From positions 75,976 to 139,975 of the forward strand of contig JBLNCL010000003.1 of assembly GCA_050260635.1 (NCBI GenBank): a stretch of 64,000 nucleotides of DNA. Direction: 5' to 3'. Below, in pieces: positions 30,806 through 41,665 of the stretch (positions within the stretch are counted from its first letter, which is position 1; each line of letters starts with the position of its first letter). This DNA is from Betaproteobacteria bacterium (GTDB lineage Bacteria; Bacillota; UBA5301; DYFA01). The notes under the pieces were generated by a model that was given only the letters and a program-made list of their open reading frames with translations, was not told the DNA's origin and did not search any database. Made by a program: the position numbers and the translations under genes.

Positions 30806-30833
30806 GCAAGGGCCACGGCCAACCGGGGGACGT

Positions 30834-31106
30834 TCATTTCCCTGAGTCGGAGCGCGTGTGGTCAACCAAGTAGGCAGGTTCAACCAGAATCACGTCGGTG
30901 CCGATCCGCCGGATCTGGGCCCAGGGTATGACTACCTCATCGTTGCGAGGGAAGAGATGAAACAGTCTTGCCCTGGCCGGAAGGATGATCGCGGTCACTT
31001 GGCCGGTCGTGGCGTCGATTTCAAGGTCGTCGATGTAGCCAAGCCGGCGCCCGTCGGTCACATTGATGACCTCCCGGAGTCGGAGGTCTGAGATTCTGGC
31101 AAGCAT
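30834..31106 (-). CDS. ylmC: YlmC/YmxH PRC-barrel sporulation protein
   Basis: SDLRLREVINVTDGRRLG...IPWAQIRRIGTDVILV. Confidence 0.92.
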   Translation of the reverse strand: MLARISDLRLREVINVTDGRRLGYIDDLEIDATTGQVTAIILPARARLFHLFPRNDEVVIPWAQIRRIGTDVILVEPAYLVDHTRSDSGK

Positions 31107-31172
31107 CGCTTCCCCTCCCGCGCCGGGTTGGTTAAATCCTATGAACGTACAGGAACCAACATGCGGGGCGGC

Positions 31173-31838
31173 CTACGGCCAAACCAGCGAGGCCAGAATC
31201 GAGAGAGGGACAGCGCGTCTTTTGTCGGAGAGCTGTGGCAGCTTGAACCGCACCGTGACCCGGTCGCCAGCGGTCCGCTTGACGATCCTGACCCGCCCTC
31301 GGGCGAGGTCGGAGTCCATGTCCAAGAAGCAAAGGGGAGGGAAGAGGACACACCACCAGTTATGGCCGCGGCCCTCCCCAAGAACGACCCGCAGGGCCCG
31401 GTACTGCCCGGCCGGCAACGTTATTCTTCCGTAAGTCCGGACAGGGAAGGGATAGACCCCGTACTGGACTCTCACGGGGTAGTCAAACCCCTCGGCCCGC
31501 AGCCTCCGTTCAGCGATGTTCCGGAACAGGGGCAGGTTGCGGCGGGCTACCTCAGTGGCCTCCTCGGGGTCCCTAACGTGGCGGAAGAGATCCCCCGCCT
31601 CGCGGAGCAAGTCGTCCCTGATCTGGAGCTTCACCCGCTGATCGGCGGGTGAATCGCTATTGGCAATGATGTGAAGTCGAATCAGGTTGCCCGGGCGAAA
31701 GGCCAGCCCGTCCCCCTCACCGGCCCCAATGGCCCTCAGCCCTACCCCGGTCACGGCGAGGAACGCCAAGAGGATCAGACCTGCAACACGAAGGCGAGTG
31801 ATTGACGGTTTCGGCCGCGCCTCTTTCATCTCTCTCAC
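31173..31838 (-). CDS. spoIIR: Stage II sporulation protein R
   Basis: IRLHIIANSDSPADQ...GHNWWCVLFPPLCF. Confidence 0.93.
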   Translation of the reverse strand: MREMKEARPKPSITRLRVAGLILLAFLAVTGVGLRAIGAGEGDGLAFRPGNLIRLHIIANSDSPADQRVKLQIRDDLLREAGDLFRHVRDPEEATEVARRNLPLFRNIAERRLRAEGFDYPVRVQYGVYPFPVRTYGRITLPAGQYRALRVVLGEGRGHNWWCVLFPPLCFLDMDSDLARGRVRIVKRTAGDRVTVRFKLPQLSDKRRAVPLSILASLVWP

Positions 31839-32617
31839 TGCTCCTGCGGGGCGATGTGGCGTCGCATATGCTTAAGGGCTGCTTTTTCCAGACGCGAAAC
31901 CTGAGCCTGCGAGATGCCTATCTCCTCGGCCACCTCCATCTGCGTCCGGCCTTCGAAGAAGCGTAGGGTCAAGATAAGCTTCTCTCGCTCGGTCAGTTTC
32001 TGCATTGCCTCGCGGATCGAAATGCCCTCCAGCCACTCGCTATCTGGGTTTCGCTCGTCCGAAACTTGGTCCATGACGTAGATTGGGTCGCCCCCGTCGT
32101 GGTACACTGGTTCAAAAAGCGAGATCGGCTCCTGGATCGCGTCCAGGGCGTAGACTACCTCTTCCTGGGGGAGGTTGAGTTCCTTGGCGATTTCGCTAAC
32201 CGTCGGTTCCTTGGCATGCCTGTTGACGAGGTTGTCCCGAACCTGGAGGGCCTTGTAGGCGATGTCCCGCAGGCTCCGGCTGACCCGGATCGGGTTGTTG
32301 TCCCGCAGGTAGCGGCGGATTTCCCCGATGATCATCGGGACGGCATAGGTCGAGAACTTCACGTTCTGGTTCAAGTCAAAGTTGTCAATCGCCTTCATCA
32401 GGCCGATGCATCCGACCTGGAAGAGATCGTCCACGTACTCGCCGCGGTTGTGAAAGCGCTGGATCACCGAGAGCACCAGCCGCAGGTTGCCCTGGATCAA
32501 CTGGTCCCGAGCCGACCGCTCTCCACTGCGCATCCGCTGCAATAGTTCCCGCATCTTGGCGTTGGTCAGCACCGGCAGCTTAGACGTGTTGACGCCGCAA
32601 ATCTCGACTTTGTTCAT
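31835..32617 (-). CDS. sigG: Sporulation sigma factor G
   Basis: MNKVEICGVNTSKLPVL and ISQAQVSRLEK motifs. Confidence 0.96.
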   Translation of the reverse strand: MNKVEICGVNTSKLPVLTNAKMRELLQRMRSGERSARDQLIQGNLRLVLSVIQRFHNRGEYVDDLFQVGCIGLMKAIDNFDLNQNVKFSTYAVPMIIGEIRRYLRDNNPIRVSRSLRDIAYKALQVRDNLVNRHAKEPTVSEIAKELNLPQEEVVYALDAIQEPISLFEPVYHDGGDPIYVMDQVSDERNPDSEWLEGISIREAMQKLTEREKLILTLRFFEGRTQMEVAEEIGISQAQVSRLEKAALKHMRRHIAPQEQ

Positions 32618-32682
32618 CCCCTGACCCCTTCCGCCAACCATTCCTTGCCAGACATTCCCATTATGGGATGCTTGCCTCCCCT

Positions 32683-33444
32683 TTATTCAAAGCGAACTAA
32701 ACCAAGAGCGTCATAGCAGAGCGGGTCAAACGATCCTGTCACGGGCAACCCCTTGGCCCGTTGAAAATCCCTGGTCGCCGCCATCGACTCCGGTCCCCAC
32801 TTGCCATCGAGTGGCCCGGCGTAGTAGCCGGCCTCCTTCAATGCTCGCTGGACCAAGAGCACCCGGGAGGACAGGTATCCGGGCTCCAGCGTCTCCCGCT
32901 CCTCCAGCGGAGCGAGCGGCTCACCAATGATCTTGACCGGAGTTCCGATCTTCACCCACTCGTACACCTCGTCGGCGTGCTCGTTAAACATTCGAATGCA
33001 GCCACCCGATACGGCACTGCCGATGGTCCAGGGCTTATTGGTGCCGTGAATGCCGTAGGTGCCCCAGGGAACCGATATCTGCATCCAGCGCGAGCCAAAT
33101 CCTTCGCCCCACTTGGCCTTCTCGACGATTCGCCACTCTCCGACCGGGGTCGGCGTGGACGGCTTTCCGATCGCCACCGGATACGTCCGAATGGGCACGT
33201 AGTCCGAGTAGAGGATGAGTTGCCGCCGCTGGAGGTCGACCAGAATGTGCGTGCGGCCGGGCTTCCGCCCCCCCGGGCCGCTGGCTGGAGTGGCGGGAGC
33301 CAGTTCCGCCACCGGCCGGGGACAGCCACAGGGATAGCTCTTGCTGTTTACGGCGCCGCTGGAACCCAAGACTTGCCCTGGGATAGCGCTGACCAAGCCG
33401 AGCGCCAGCGCCAGCACCGGGGCCATGCTGGAAATTCGTGCCAC
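32683..33444 (-). CDS. L,D-transpeptidase (YkuD) with C-terminal PG-binding domain
   Basis: Signal peptide, IHGT...SGGCIRM catalytic motif, and GYYAGPLDGKWG...FQRAKGLPVTG. Confidence 0.88.
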   Translation of the reverse strand: MARISSMAPVLALALGLVSAIPGQVLGSSGAVNSKSYPCGCPRPVAELAPATPASGPGGRKPGRTHILVDLQRRQLILYSDYVPIRTYPVAIGKPSTPTPVGEWRIVEKAKWGEGFGSRWMQISVPWGTYGIHGTNKPWTIGSAVSGGCIRMFNEHADEVYEWVKIGTPVKIIGEPLAPLEERETLEPGYLSSRVLLVQRALKEAGYYAGPLDGKWGPESMAATRDFQRAKGLPVTGSFDPLCYDALGLVRFE

Positions 33445-33551
33445 TCACAACCCTCCGGTCTTAGGATTCCCGGGGTAAAAAAAATAAGACAGGTAAACCT
33501 GTCTTGCGCTGGGGTGATTCACGCAACGCGAGGCTCCGCCCAGGCGCTGGC

Positions 33552-34292
33552 CTATTCCATCCGTCGGATCTCCCGGCGGAGTTTGCGGATGATGCGCTTC
33601 TCAAGGCGGGAGATGTAGGACTGGGAGATGCCGAGCAGGTCAGCAACCTCCTTCTGAGTCTTCTCTTGGCCATCTGTCAGGCCGAAGCGGAGTTCCATGA
33701 TGCGCTTCTCCCGGAGCGGAAGACGATCCAGGGCGATCGCGAGGAGTTTCCGGTCGACTGTCTCCTCCAGGTCCTTGTAGATGATGTCTGTTTCGGTCCC
33801 CAAGACATCGGAGAGCAAGAGTTCATTGCCGTCCCAGTCCACGTTGAGCGGCTCGTCGAAGGAAACCTCGGCCTTCGTCTTGCTGTTCCGACGAAGGTAC
33901 ATCAGAATCTCATTCTCGATGCAGCGAGAAGCGTAGGTTGCCAGTTTGATCTTCTTCTCCGGATCGAACGTGTTGACCGCCTTGATCAGGCCGATGGTGC
34001 CGATGGAAACCAGATCTTCGATGTGAACCCCGGTGTTGTCGAATTTCCGGGCGATGTAGACCACCAGGCGCAGATTGCGCTCGATAAGGATCCCCTTGAC
34101 CGCTCCGTCGCCCGCGCTCAGCCTTCCTAGCAGTGCCGCCTCTTCCTCGCTGGAAAGCGGCGGCGGGAGCACCTCGCTCGTCCCGACGTAGTACAGGTGG
34201 GGACGCGGCAGTAGCCCCACACGGGCCAGGATCCGCAGCAAGACAAGGCGTAGGCTCAAGAACCAACGTTGGACTGCCGCCTGCATCTTCAT
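33552..34292 (-). CDS. sigE: Pro-sigma factor E
   Basis: Pro-sequence followed by [14 protein letters not shown]; [13 protein letters not shown]. Confidence 0.96.
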   Translation of the reverse strand: MKMQAAVQRWFLSLRLVLLRILARVGLLPRPHLYYVGTSEVLPPPLSSEEEAALLGRLSAGDGAVKGILIERNLRLVVYIARKFDNTGVHIEDLVSIGTIGLIKAVNTFDPEKKIKLATYASRCIENEILMYLRRNSKTKAEVSFDEPLNVDWDGNELLLSDVLGTETDIIYKDLEETVDRKLLAIALDRLPLREKRIMELRFGLTDGQEKTQKEVADLLGISQSYISRLEKRIIRKLRREIRRME

Positions 34293-35254
34293 CCTCCCAG
34301 CCCCTGGAGAGTGCCACCTACTCCGAAACGGGGGCCGAGAACCAGGCGACCCCGCCGGCGGCTCGCCTGGGCCAGGACCGCCTGGAGCAGTACGGGGTGG
34401 GCCAACGCCTGGTAGTACCCGGCCCGGTCGAGCGGCTGGCTGTGGAAGGCGATCAGCGCAGTCTCCGTCGCCGGCCCCTCCTTTCCTGCGATGCGCACCG
34501 TATCAGCCCGGAGACAGAGCAAGAGCCCCTGCTCCCGCCCCAGCGTCGAATAGGGAACAAGACGCACCCGGGAGGCGAACGGCGTCCCGGCCAGAAGGCT
34601 CACTCCGGCCGCCGGGTTCTCTGCGGCGACGGCCACCGCCTCGGCCGCCTCCGGCGGCAATAACTCTTCTCGCAGGTCGCTCCCGAGAATCACCACCGGG
34701 TGACCCGTCAGCGGGTCGGTCAGTCGGTTCCCGGTGTCCAACAGCGCCGTGGCACGAACCTGGCGGTCCAGCAGTTCCACCTCGAGCGGCAGGTAAACCA
34801 CCCGGTCCCAGAGCCATCGCTGCACCACGCCCCAGCCCAGTTCGGCTGCGGCAAGGGTGACTCCCGTCGCCACGAGGGGGGGCACCCACCCTCGTGCCCC
34901 CAGGTTATAGGGGACGTAGGCAGCACCCGCCCCAAGCATCGCCAAGAGGCTGTACGCACCAAGCGACGAAAGCAGTCGACCCGCCGGGAGCGGCCAATAG
35001 ACCAGGGCGTGGGTGGCCAGAAAGGCCCCAAACACGCCGTACCAGGTCCGCAGACAGCCCAGCGGCAGCAGTCCGAACCCCGCCAGGTCAGCCAAGATGG
35101 CGTAGAGCGCTCCCCCCACCGCACCCGCGCCTAGACGGGCGCTGCCTGGCCGGAGTCCTATTACGGCGCCCGCCGCCCATAACAGGACAGCCATCTGCCC
35201 GCCGATAAGGGCAAACAAGAGGAGGTACGTCCCCACGTTCACTTCCAGGACCAC
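34289..35254 (-). CDS. spoIIGA: Pro-sigE processing peptidase SpoIIGA
   Basis: Multi-TM N-terminus; [11 protein letters not shown] aspartic protease motif; position before sigE. Confidence 0.88.
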   Translation of the reverse strand: MVLEVNVGTYLLLFALIGGQMAVLLWAAGAVIGLRPGSARLGAGAVGGALYAILADLAGFGLLPLGCLRTWYGVFGAFLATHALVYWPLPAGRLLSSLGAYSLLAMLGAGAAYVPYNLGARGWVPPLVATGVTLAAAELGWGVVQRWLWDRVVYLPLEVELLDRQVRATALLDTGNRLTDPLTGHPVVILGSDLREELLPPEAAEAVAVAAENPAAGVSLLAGTPFASRVRLVPYSTLGREQGLLLCLRADTVRIAGKEGPATETALIAFHSQPLDRAGYYQALAHPVLLQAVLAQASRRRGRLVLGPRFGVGGTLQGLGG

Positions 35255-35391
35255 TGTTGTCCCTCCCGCCCGGATATCCCTTATCTACCGCTTCCGCTTG
35301 CTAACTCCTCCCGTCGCCAACGCAAAGAGGAGACCCCTCAAGCGGTCTCCTCCACTGCGCTGACTTACGCACGGTCGCCAATCCAGCAAAG

Positions 35392-36438
35392 CTATCGGCG
35401 GCGCAAGAAGGCGGGGATGTCCAGGTCGTCACCGGAGGCGAAGGGTTTGATCTCCAATTCGTCGGCCTTCTTCTCGACCGGTTTCGGTCCGGCGAATCCC
35501 GTCGCGATGACGGTCACCCGAACCTCGTCCTTCAGCTTCTCGTCGATCACTGCACCAAAGATGATGTTGGCATCTTGATCGGTACAGGCGGCGACGATCT
35601 CCGCCGCCTCGTTCACCTCGTGCAGGCCGAGATCCGGACCGCCGGTGATGTTCAACAGCACCCCGCGAGCGCCCTCGATCGAGGCTTCCAGCAAGGGACT
35701 CGAAATCGCCGCCCGGGCCGCGGTGGCCGCCCGGTCCTCGCCCGACGCGACACCGATCCCCATCAGGGCGCTTCCGGCATCCATCATGATCGTCCGAACG
35801 TCTGCGAAGTCCAGGTTGATGAGGCCCGGCACGGTAATCAAGTCGGAGATGCCTTGCACCCCCTGACGAAGGACGTCGTCGGCCACGCGAAAGGCCTCCA
35901 GCATCGGGGTCCGCTTGTCAACCACCGTGAGCAGCCGATCGTTGGGAATGGTGATCAACGTATCCACGTTGGAGCGGAGGGCAGCGACGCCCGCCTCAGC
36001 TTGCTGCTGGCGGCGGCGCCCCTCGAAGGTGAAAGGCCTGGTCACCACACCCACCGTCAAAGCGCCCAACTCCCGAGCCAGCTTGGCCACGATGGGAGCG
36101 GCGCCGGTGCCTGTTCCCCCACCCATCCCGGCGGTGATGAAGACCATGTCCGCCCCGGCGAGGCAGCGACGGATCTCCTCCTGGCTCTCCTCGGCCGCAT
36201 CCCGGCCGATATCTGGATTGGATCCTGCTCCGAGCCCCTTAGTGAGACTCTCGCCGAGTTGTAGCCGGTGGGTGGCGCGGGAGCATTGCAACGCCTGAGC
36301 GTCGGTGTTCATGGCCAAGAATTCGACGCCGGTGAGCCCGGCCGCAATCATCCGGTTGACGGCGTTGGACCCCCCACCTCCGATTCCGACCACCTTGATG
36401 CTGGCCAACTGATCCGTCTCGACGTCCAATTCGAACAT
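35392..36438 (-). CDS. ftsZ: Cell division protein FtsZ
   Basis: GGGTGTG tubulin signature; C-terminal DIPAFLRRR; ATG 36438. Confidence 0.98.
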   Translation of the reverse strand: MFELDVETDQLASIKVVGIGGGGSNAVNRMIAAGLTGVEFLAMNTDAQALQCSRATHRLQLGESLTKGLGAGSNPDIGRDAAEESQEEIRRCLAGADMVFITAGMGGGTGTGAAPIVAKLARELGALTVGVVTRPFTFEGRRRQQQAEAGVAALRSNVDTLITIPNDRLLTVVDKRTPMLEAFRVADDVLRQGVQGISDLITVPGLINLDFADVRTIMMDAGSALMGIGVASGEDRAATAARAAISSPLLEASIEGARGVLLNITGGPDLGLHEVNEAAEIVAACTDQDANIIFGAVIDEKLKDEVRVTVIATGFAGPKPVEKKADELEIKPFASGDDLDIPAFLRRR

Positions 36439-36488
36439 GTGCGACGCTCCTCCTTGCCTACCCTGTCTTGGCGAGTGTCCCAGCGATC

Positions 36489-37724
36489 TCAATCGACGAA
36501 AAACTCTCCAAACCAACGCCGGATGATCTCCATCAGGCCGGTTCTCACCCGATGCCCCCGCCGAGAGGGCTGTGCCGCCGAGGCGGTGGTCCGCCGCCCA
36601 TACAGGGCAAGCCCCACGCCTGTGGCGTATGAGGGGTTGGCAACGAATTCCGGCAGCCCCCCGAGTCCCTCCGGCACCCCGAGGCGGACCGGCAATCCCA
36701 AGATCCGGCGGCCAGCCTCCAACAGCCCGCTGAGCTGAGCGGAGCCCCCAGTCAAGACCACCCCGGCAGGGACAAAGGCAGGATGGGAAACCCGTTGCAC
36801 CTCCTCCGCAACCAACTGGAGGATCTCCTCGACCCGAGCCCGAATAATGAGCGACGGATCCACGCTCCAGAAACCGGTGGACTCTTGTGCCCCCGCTGCC
36901 ACCTGACCCATCGCCTCCAGGCCTGGCAGCACGGGCAACTGCCCGTAACTCAGCTTCAACCGTTCCGCCTCCGCCCATGGCAGGCGGAGCCCGTAGGACA
37001 GATCGGAAGTAACGTGGTTTCCACCGACGGCCAACACCGCTGTGTGCCAGATGTTCCCCTCATGAAAGACCGCGACATCGGTGGTGCCGGCGCCGATGTC
37101 CACCAGGACGCAACTTCCGTGACGCTCCTCCGGGGCCAACACCGCTTCGGCCGAAGCCAACGGCTGCAGGACCAGATCAGCCACTTCCAGTCCCGTCCGC
37201 TCCACGCACTTGACCATATTGCGCAGGGCCGTGACCGCCCCCGTCACGATGTGCACGTAGACCTCAAGGCGGACGCCGGACATGCCCACCGGATCGCGAA
37301 TGCCGCGACAGCCGTCCACCACGAACTCGCGGGGAAGAACGTGAATCACCTGGCGGTCGCTCGGCAGCGCCACCGCCCGGGCCGCTTCGACGACTCGCCC
37401 GACATCGCTCTCCGTGATCTCCCAGTCGGGTCTCGCCACGGCTACCACCCCGTGGCTGTTGAGAGAGGCGATATGTCCGCCGGCCACCCCGACGATGACC
37501 TCGTGGACCTGAACCCCCGCCATCCGTTCGGAGCGGGCCACCGCTTCACCGATGGCCGTCGACGTCCGTTCCAGGTCGACTACCATGCCCTTGCGCAGGC
37601 CGTTGGAGGGAGCGGTCCCGACGCCGAGCACGTTCAGGTGCCCCGAAGGATGCGCCTCGGCAACAATGGCGCAAACCTTCGATGTCCCAACGTCCAATCC
37701 CGCGATTATCCGTCGCTCGGGCAA
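36489..37724 (-). CDS. ftsA: Cell division protein FtsA
   Basis: [17 protein letters not shown] and VLTGGSA motifs. Confidence 0.96.
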   Translation of the reverse strand: MPERRIIAGLDVGTSKVCAIVAEAHPSGHLNVLGVGTAPSNGLRKGMVVDLERTSTAIGEAVARSERMAGVQVHEVIVGVAGGHIASLNSHGVVAVARPDWEITESDVGRVVEAARAVALPSDRQVIHVLPREFVVDGCRGIRDPVGMSGVRLEVYVHIVTGAVTALRNMVKCVERTGLEVADLVLQPLASAEAVLAPEERHGSCVLVDIGAGTTDVAVFHEGNIWHTAVLAVGGNHVTSDLSYGLRLPWAEAERLKLSYGQLPVLPGLEAMGQVAAGAQESTGFWSVDPSLIIRARVEEILQLVAEEVQRVSHPAFVPAGVVLTGGSAQLSGLLEAGRRILGLPVRLGVPEGLGGLPEFVANPSYATGVGLALYGRRTTASAAQPSRRGHRVRTGLMEIIRRWFGEFFVD

Positions 37725-37759
37725 ACAATAAGACCCCCCGGCGGGATACTAGGCTTCAT

Positions 37760-37784
37760 ATTCGACAGCCGGGAAGTCTTTCCT
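37760..37784 (-). promoter_or_regulatory. sigH-like promoter of ftsAZ (contains TGTCGAA)
   Basis: AGAGGA-N17-GAAT; B. subtilis ftsAZ has a sigH promoter. Confidence 0.6.
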
Positions 37785-37786
37785 CT

Positions 37787-38128
37787 TTAGCGGCTGCGCC
37801 ACTTCTCCAGCAGGTGGCGCCGGATGATCCCGAGGTTGGTAAAGATGCGGATGCTGAAGGCCACGGTGGCGCCAAGGATCAGGTCCACCCCTAATTTGGC
37901 ACCGAGGTAGGTGAGGAGAGTCGCAGCCACGATATTGATGAAGAATCCACTGATAAAGACGGTGTTATCGTACTTGTCCTCGAGTCCTGCCCGCAGGCCG
38001 CCAAAGACCGAGTCGAGCGCCGCCAGGATAGCGATGGCCATGTAGTTCGCATAGCCAACCGGCAGGACGAGCGGTGACGAGAGGCCGATCAGGATACCCA
38101 AGGCCAACCCGAGGAGCGGCAGCCACAT
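37787..38128 (-). CDS. sbp: Small basic protein Sbp (DUF1290)
   Basis: YMAIAILAALDSVFGG...FISGFF; position before ftsA. Confidence 0.9.
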   Translation of the reverse strand: MWLPLLGLALGILIGLSSPLVLPVGYANYMAIAILAALDSVFGGLRAGLEDKYDNTVFISGFFINIVAATLLTYLGAKLGVDLILGATVAFSIRIFTNLGIIRRHLLEKWRSR

Positions 38129-38131
38129 CTC

Positions 38132-38860
38132 CTATTCCCTCCTTTCCCCGCCGGCCACATCGCTGACCGGCCGGGCGTATTCGTACTCCAGACTGCCTGT
38201 GTAGCCGGGCAGCCTCATCCGCTCCGAGCGTTCGACCCGTACCTGGATTCCCCAGGTCCGCAAGGCGTCCAAAACGCCTCCGCGCAACCGCATGGCGCTC
38301 TCCAAGGTAGCCGGGTCTCCCACAGCTTGAATTACGAAGGGCGCCCCGACCCTGGTTCGGTTGATCGAAGCGGTCGGGCCGGCGCAGCGAATTTCGGTCC
38401 GGGAGGTCCACCGCTGGCCGTTGATGGCAATTCCTTTCGCTCCGCCAGCCAGCAGTTCGTTGATGACCAACAGCAGGTCCTCGTCGTGGATCACGTACAT
38501 GTCTTGATCCTGACCGGGGCGGGCCTCCCGGTCGCTGTCGTTCAAGGTGACGACGATACCCGGACCGACCAGCTCTGTCAGACCGGCTTGCTCCCGCGCC
38601 CGGGCCACAGACTTGGTCAGGCCGGCGAGGAGAAACCGCCCCTCCGCCGCCTTAGCCAACTCCGAACGGAGCACCGCCACCTCCCGTTCCAGGGAGCGGC
38701 GGCGGGCTTCGGTCTCTTCGTACAGGTTGAGCAGGACCTCTGACCGAGCCGTGGAGAGCCGTGTCTTCTGGGACTGGGTGCGAAACTGGACTACGAACAA
38801 AAGACCCATGAAGACGCAGATGAGGGTGGCCGTTACCTCCCATGGCCGCAGGTTCCTCAC
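38132..38860 (-). CDS. DUF881 family protein
   Basis: GPGIVVTLND, IHDEDLL..INEL..GGAKGIAINGQR. Confidence 0.88.
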   Translation of the reverse strand: MRNLRPWEVTATLICVFMGLLFVVQFRTQSQKTRLSTARSEVLLNLYEETEARRRSLEREVAVLRSELAKAAEGRFLLAGLTKSVARAREQAGLTELVGPGIVVTLNDSDREARPGQDQDMYVIHDEDLLLVINELLAGGAKGIAINGQRWTSRTEIRCAGPTASINRTRVGAPFVIQAVGDPATLESAMRLRGGVLDALRTWGIQVRVERSERMRLPGYTGSLEYEYARPVSDVAGGERRE

Positions 38861-39561
38861 GGCCGCTCCCTCCCTTCCCCGGAGAGTCCGGAAGTTGCCG
38901 AGCGGTAGGCGGGAAGCACCATCTCCTTGAACGTCTGCACTGTGACGCTGATCCCCCACGCCTGTAGAGCGTCCAGGACGCCTCCCCGTACCTCCAGGGA
39001 GCGAGTGAGGTTCTCGGGGTCACCGATGGCCTGGATAACGAACGGCTCACCGGTGCTGCGGTTGTTGACCGACATGAGAGCGCCGGCCCGGCGAATCTCG
39101 GTGAGGGCCACCCGGCGCTCACCGTTGATCGCGATGGCCTCCGCTCCGGCGGCCACCAACTCATTGACCACATTCAGCAAGTCCTCGTCGTGAACCAGAA
39201 AGAGCTCTTCCTGGTTCTGCTTCCGCCCCGCCACCGGGCTCTCGAGGGTGATTTGGACGCCTGGTCCGGCCACCTTGGTCGTCCCCGCCAGCAGTTGGGC
39301 TTTGACTAGTTCCGAGTTCAAGCCGCGCAGCACGCTCTTACCCTCGCCAGCGTGGCGCAACTCGGTCCGAAGCGTCTCGACTTCGTGGGCCAGCGACGCT
39401 TCCTGCACTTTGGCTTCGTTGTAGAGCCGGACCATGAGCTCGGAATCCCCGGTCGGGAGGCGGTCCTTGGCGCTCTGGGTCCGGAATTGGACCGCCAAGA
39501 GAATCCCCAGAACGAGGCAGACAAGGCTCACCGAGAGTTGCCCTCGCCTAATTCGGCTCAC
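38857..39561 (-). CDS. DUF881 family protein
   Basis: VHDEDLLNVVNELVAAGAEAIAINGER. Confidence 0.88.
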   Translation of the reverse strand: MSRIRRGQLSVSLVCLVLGILLAVQFRTQSAKDRLPTGDSELMVRLYNEAKVQEASLAHEVETLRTELRHAGEGKSVLRGLNSELVKAQLLAGTTKVAGPGVQITLESPVAGRKQNQEELFLVHDEDLLNVVNELVAAGAEAIAINGERRVALTEIRRAGALMSVNNRSTGEPFVIQAIGDPENLTRSLEVRGGVLDALQAWGISVTVQTFKEMVLPAYRSATSGLSGEGRERP

Positions 39562-40309
39562 CGTCCACCCTCCCCTGTGTTTCCCCGGTCTCTCCGCCAC
39601 CTTTCCGGAGATATGGCCGCTCCGGGTCACGCAAATCGATCTCCTTGATCGGCCAGTCGTTGGCCTCCGCCTCGGTCAGAATCGATTGCAGAAGGCCCAG
39701 CTTCTCCTCGATCTGGTGGCGGGAACCCAGCCACGCCCGGCTTCCATTATCCAGCGTCATGGTCAGCGTCAACCCCCGGCCCACCTCCACCCCGACGACC
39801 CGACGGTAGAGGGAGCTGGGCAAGCTCTGCAGCACCGCTGCCACCCAGCGCAGGTCCTCTCCCTGCGCCGGCTTGCCCAGCCGGACCGGAGCGAGCCGGC
39901 ACCCGGTGACCACCGGCAGGTTGCGAGCCTGTGCCGCCTGCCGAATGGCAAACGGCACGCCGGCGCCGTCGAACAACAGAAAGTGCTCCCCGTATGGTAA
40001 GACGCCAATCGCCTGGCGTTCCCTCAGGTCGATACGAAGCTGAGCAGGAAGTCGGCGGACGACCCGGACCCCAGCCACCGGCGGGTAGTCTGCCAGCCTC
40101 TCTGCAACTGCCCGCGTATTGACAGAGAAGACATTGGCCGGCAGCGACAGCCCCCCCACCGCCAGGACTTCCTCTTGCGTGAGTTGACGAAGGCCGGTTA
40201 TCCGAACGGTCCGCACAGTGAAATAAGCCGATTGGCTGAACGCCAAGCCGGCAGTGACTGCAAGGAGCAGCCATAAAAAAAGTACCTGCGGCTTCTTGTC
40301 CGCAGTCAC
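39548..40309 (-). CDS. divIB: Cell division protein FtsQ/DivIB
   Basis: TM plus POTRA domain; C-terminal IDLRDP. Confidence 0.85.
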   Translation of the reverse strand: MTADKKPQVLFLWLLLAVTAGLAFSQSAYFTVRTVRITGLRQLTQEEVLAVGGLSLPANVFSVNTRAVAERLADYPPVAGVRVVRRLPAQLRIDLRERQAIGVLPYGEHFLLFDGAGVPFAIRQAAQARNLPVVTGCRLAPVRLGKPAQGEDLRWVAAVLQSLPSSLYRRVVGVEVGRGLTLTMTLDNGSRAWLGSRHQIEEKLGLLQSILTEAEANDWPIKEIDLRDPERPYLRKGGGETGETQGRVDGEPN

Positions 40310-40370
40310 CGTGGTCCTCCTTCCCCGGGCACTATTATAGCATGGCGCCCTGTCGAGGAGAATCGGATTC

Positions 40371-41663
40371 TTATGCCGTCACCCGAGTGGTGAAGGACGG
40401 CCGGTCGGCAGCCGGGATGGTTTTGACCTCGGCCCCCAACGCGGTCAGCTTGGCAGGCAGGTCCTCGTACCCGCGATCCAAATGGTTGGCGTTTTCCACG
40501 ACAGACTCCCCTCGGGCCCCCAGGGCCGCCAGGACCAAAGCCGCACCGGCCCGCAGATCGGGGGCATGGACGGTCGTCCCGGTGAGATACTCCACACCTT
40601 GGATCACTGCCACCCGCCCCTCGATTCGAATATCAGCCCCCATCCGCATCAATTCCTCGACGTGCTTGAAACGGCTTGAGAAGACTTCCTCGTGGATAAA
40701 GCTGATCCCTTCGGCTAGACAGGCTACTGAAGTGAATTGCGGCTGAAGATCGGTTGGAAAACCGGGGTAAGGTAGCGCTCGGATCGTCGTGCCGCGCAGC
40801 CTCCACCCGGCTTTCGCGCGGACGCCGTTTTCTTGCCTGGTCACCTCCGCCCCCATGTCCGCCAACTTCGCCAAAGCAGCCTCACAGTGCTGCGGAATCA
40901 CATCGGACACCGTTACGTCACCCCGGGTGATGGCGGCTGCGGCGAGATACGTCCCGATCTCGATTCGATCGGGGATGACCACGTGGTGAGCGCCGTGGAG
41001 ACGGGCGACACCGTCCACCCGGATGATGTCCGTTCCGGCCCCGCGAACCCTCGCCCCCATCTGGTTCAGGAAGCTCTGCAGATCGACGATCTCCGGCTCC
41101 CGGGCAGCGTTCCGGATAAAGGTCCGGCCATCAGCCAGGCAGGCCGCCGTCATCAGGTTTTCGGTCGCTCCCACGCTTGGGTAGTCAAGGAGGATATCGG
41201 CTCCGTGCAGCCGCTTGGCCCGGAAGTGGACAACCGGACCATCCTCTTCCACCTCGGCGCCCATCGCCCTGAGCCCCTGAATGTGCAGGTTGATCGGGCG
41301 GGGGCCGAGGGCACAGCCGCCCGGCGTGGTGGTGACTGCTGCTCCCAACCGCGCCAGCAACGGCCCCACGACTTGGACCGAGGCGCGCATTTCCCGCACC
41401 AGCTCGTCCGGGGGTTGGCAGGCCAGAAAAGCGCCGCTCCTCAGCCGGAGGACGTGTTCGTCCTCCCACCTTACCTCGCTCCCCAACGCCTGTACCACCC
41501 GGATCATCGTCTCCACGTCCCGGATAAGCGGAACGCGCTCCAGGATGCACGTTTCCTCGGTCAAGAGGGTCGCGGCCATCAGCGGCAGCGCCGAATTCTT
41601 AGCGCCGGAGGCCACCACCTGCCCGACGAGCCTTCGCCCTCCTGTGATCACCAATCGTTCCAC
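40371..41663 (-). CDS. murA: UDP-GlcNAc 1-carboxyvinyltransferase
   Basis: GAKNSALP, MRAS, PGGCALGPRP, PYPGFPTDLQ and DLRAGAAL motifs. Confidence 0.95.
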   Translation of the reverse strand: MERLVITGGRRLVGQVVASGAKNSALPLMAATLLTEETCILERVPLIRDVETMIRVVQALGSEVRWEDEHVLRLRSGAFLACQPPDELVREMRASVQVVGPLLARLGAAVTTTPGGCALGPRPINLHIQGLRAMGAEVEEDGPVVHFRAKRLHGADILLDYPSVGATENLMTAACLADGRTFIRNAAREPEIVDLQSFLNQMGARVRGAGTDIIRVDGVARLHGAHHVVIPDRIEIGTYLAAAAITRGDVTVSDVIPQHCEAALAKLADMGAEVTRQENGVRAKAGWRLRGTTIRALPYPGFPTDLQPQFTSVACLAEGISFIHEEVFSSRFKHVEELMRMGADIRIEGRVAVIQGVEYLTGTTVHAPDLRAGAALVLAALGARGESVVENANHLDRGYEDLPAKLTALGAEVKTIPAADRPSFTTRVTA

Positions 41664-41665
41664 CC

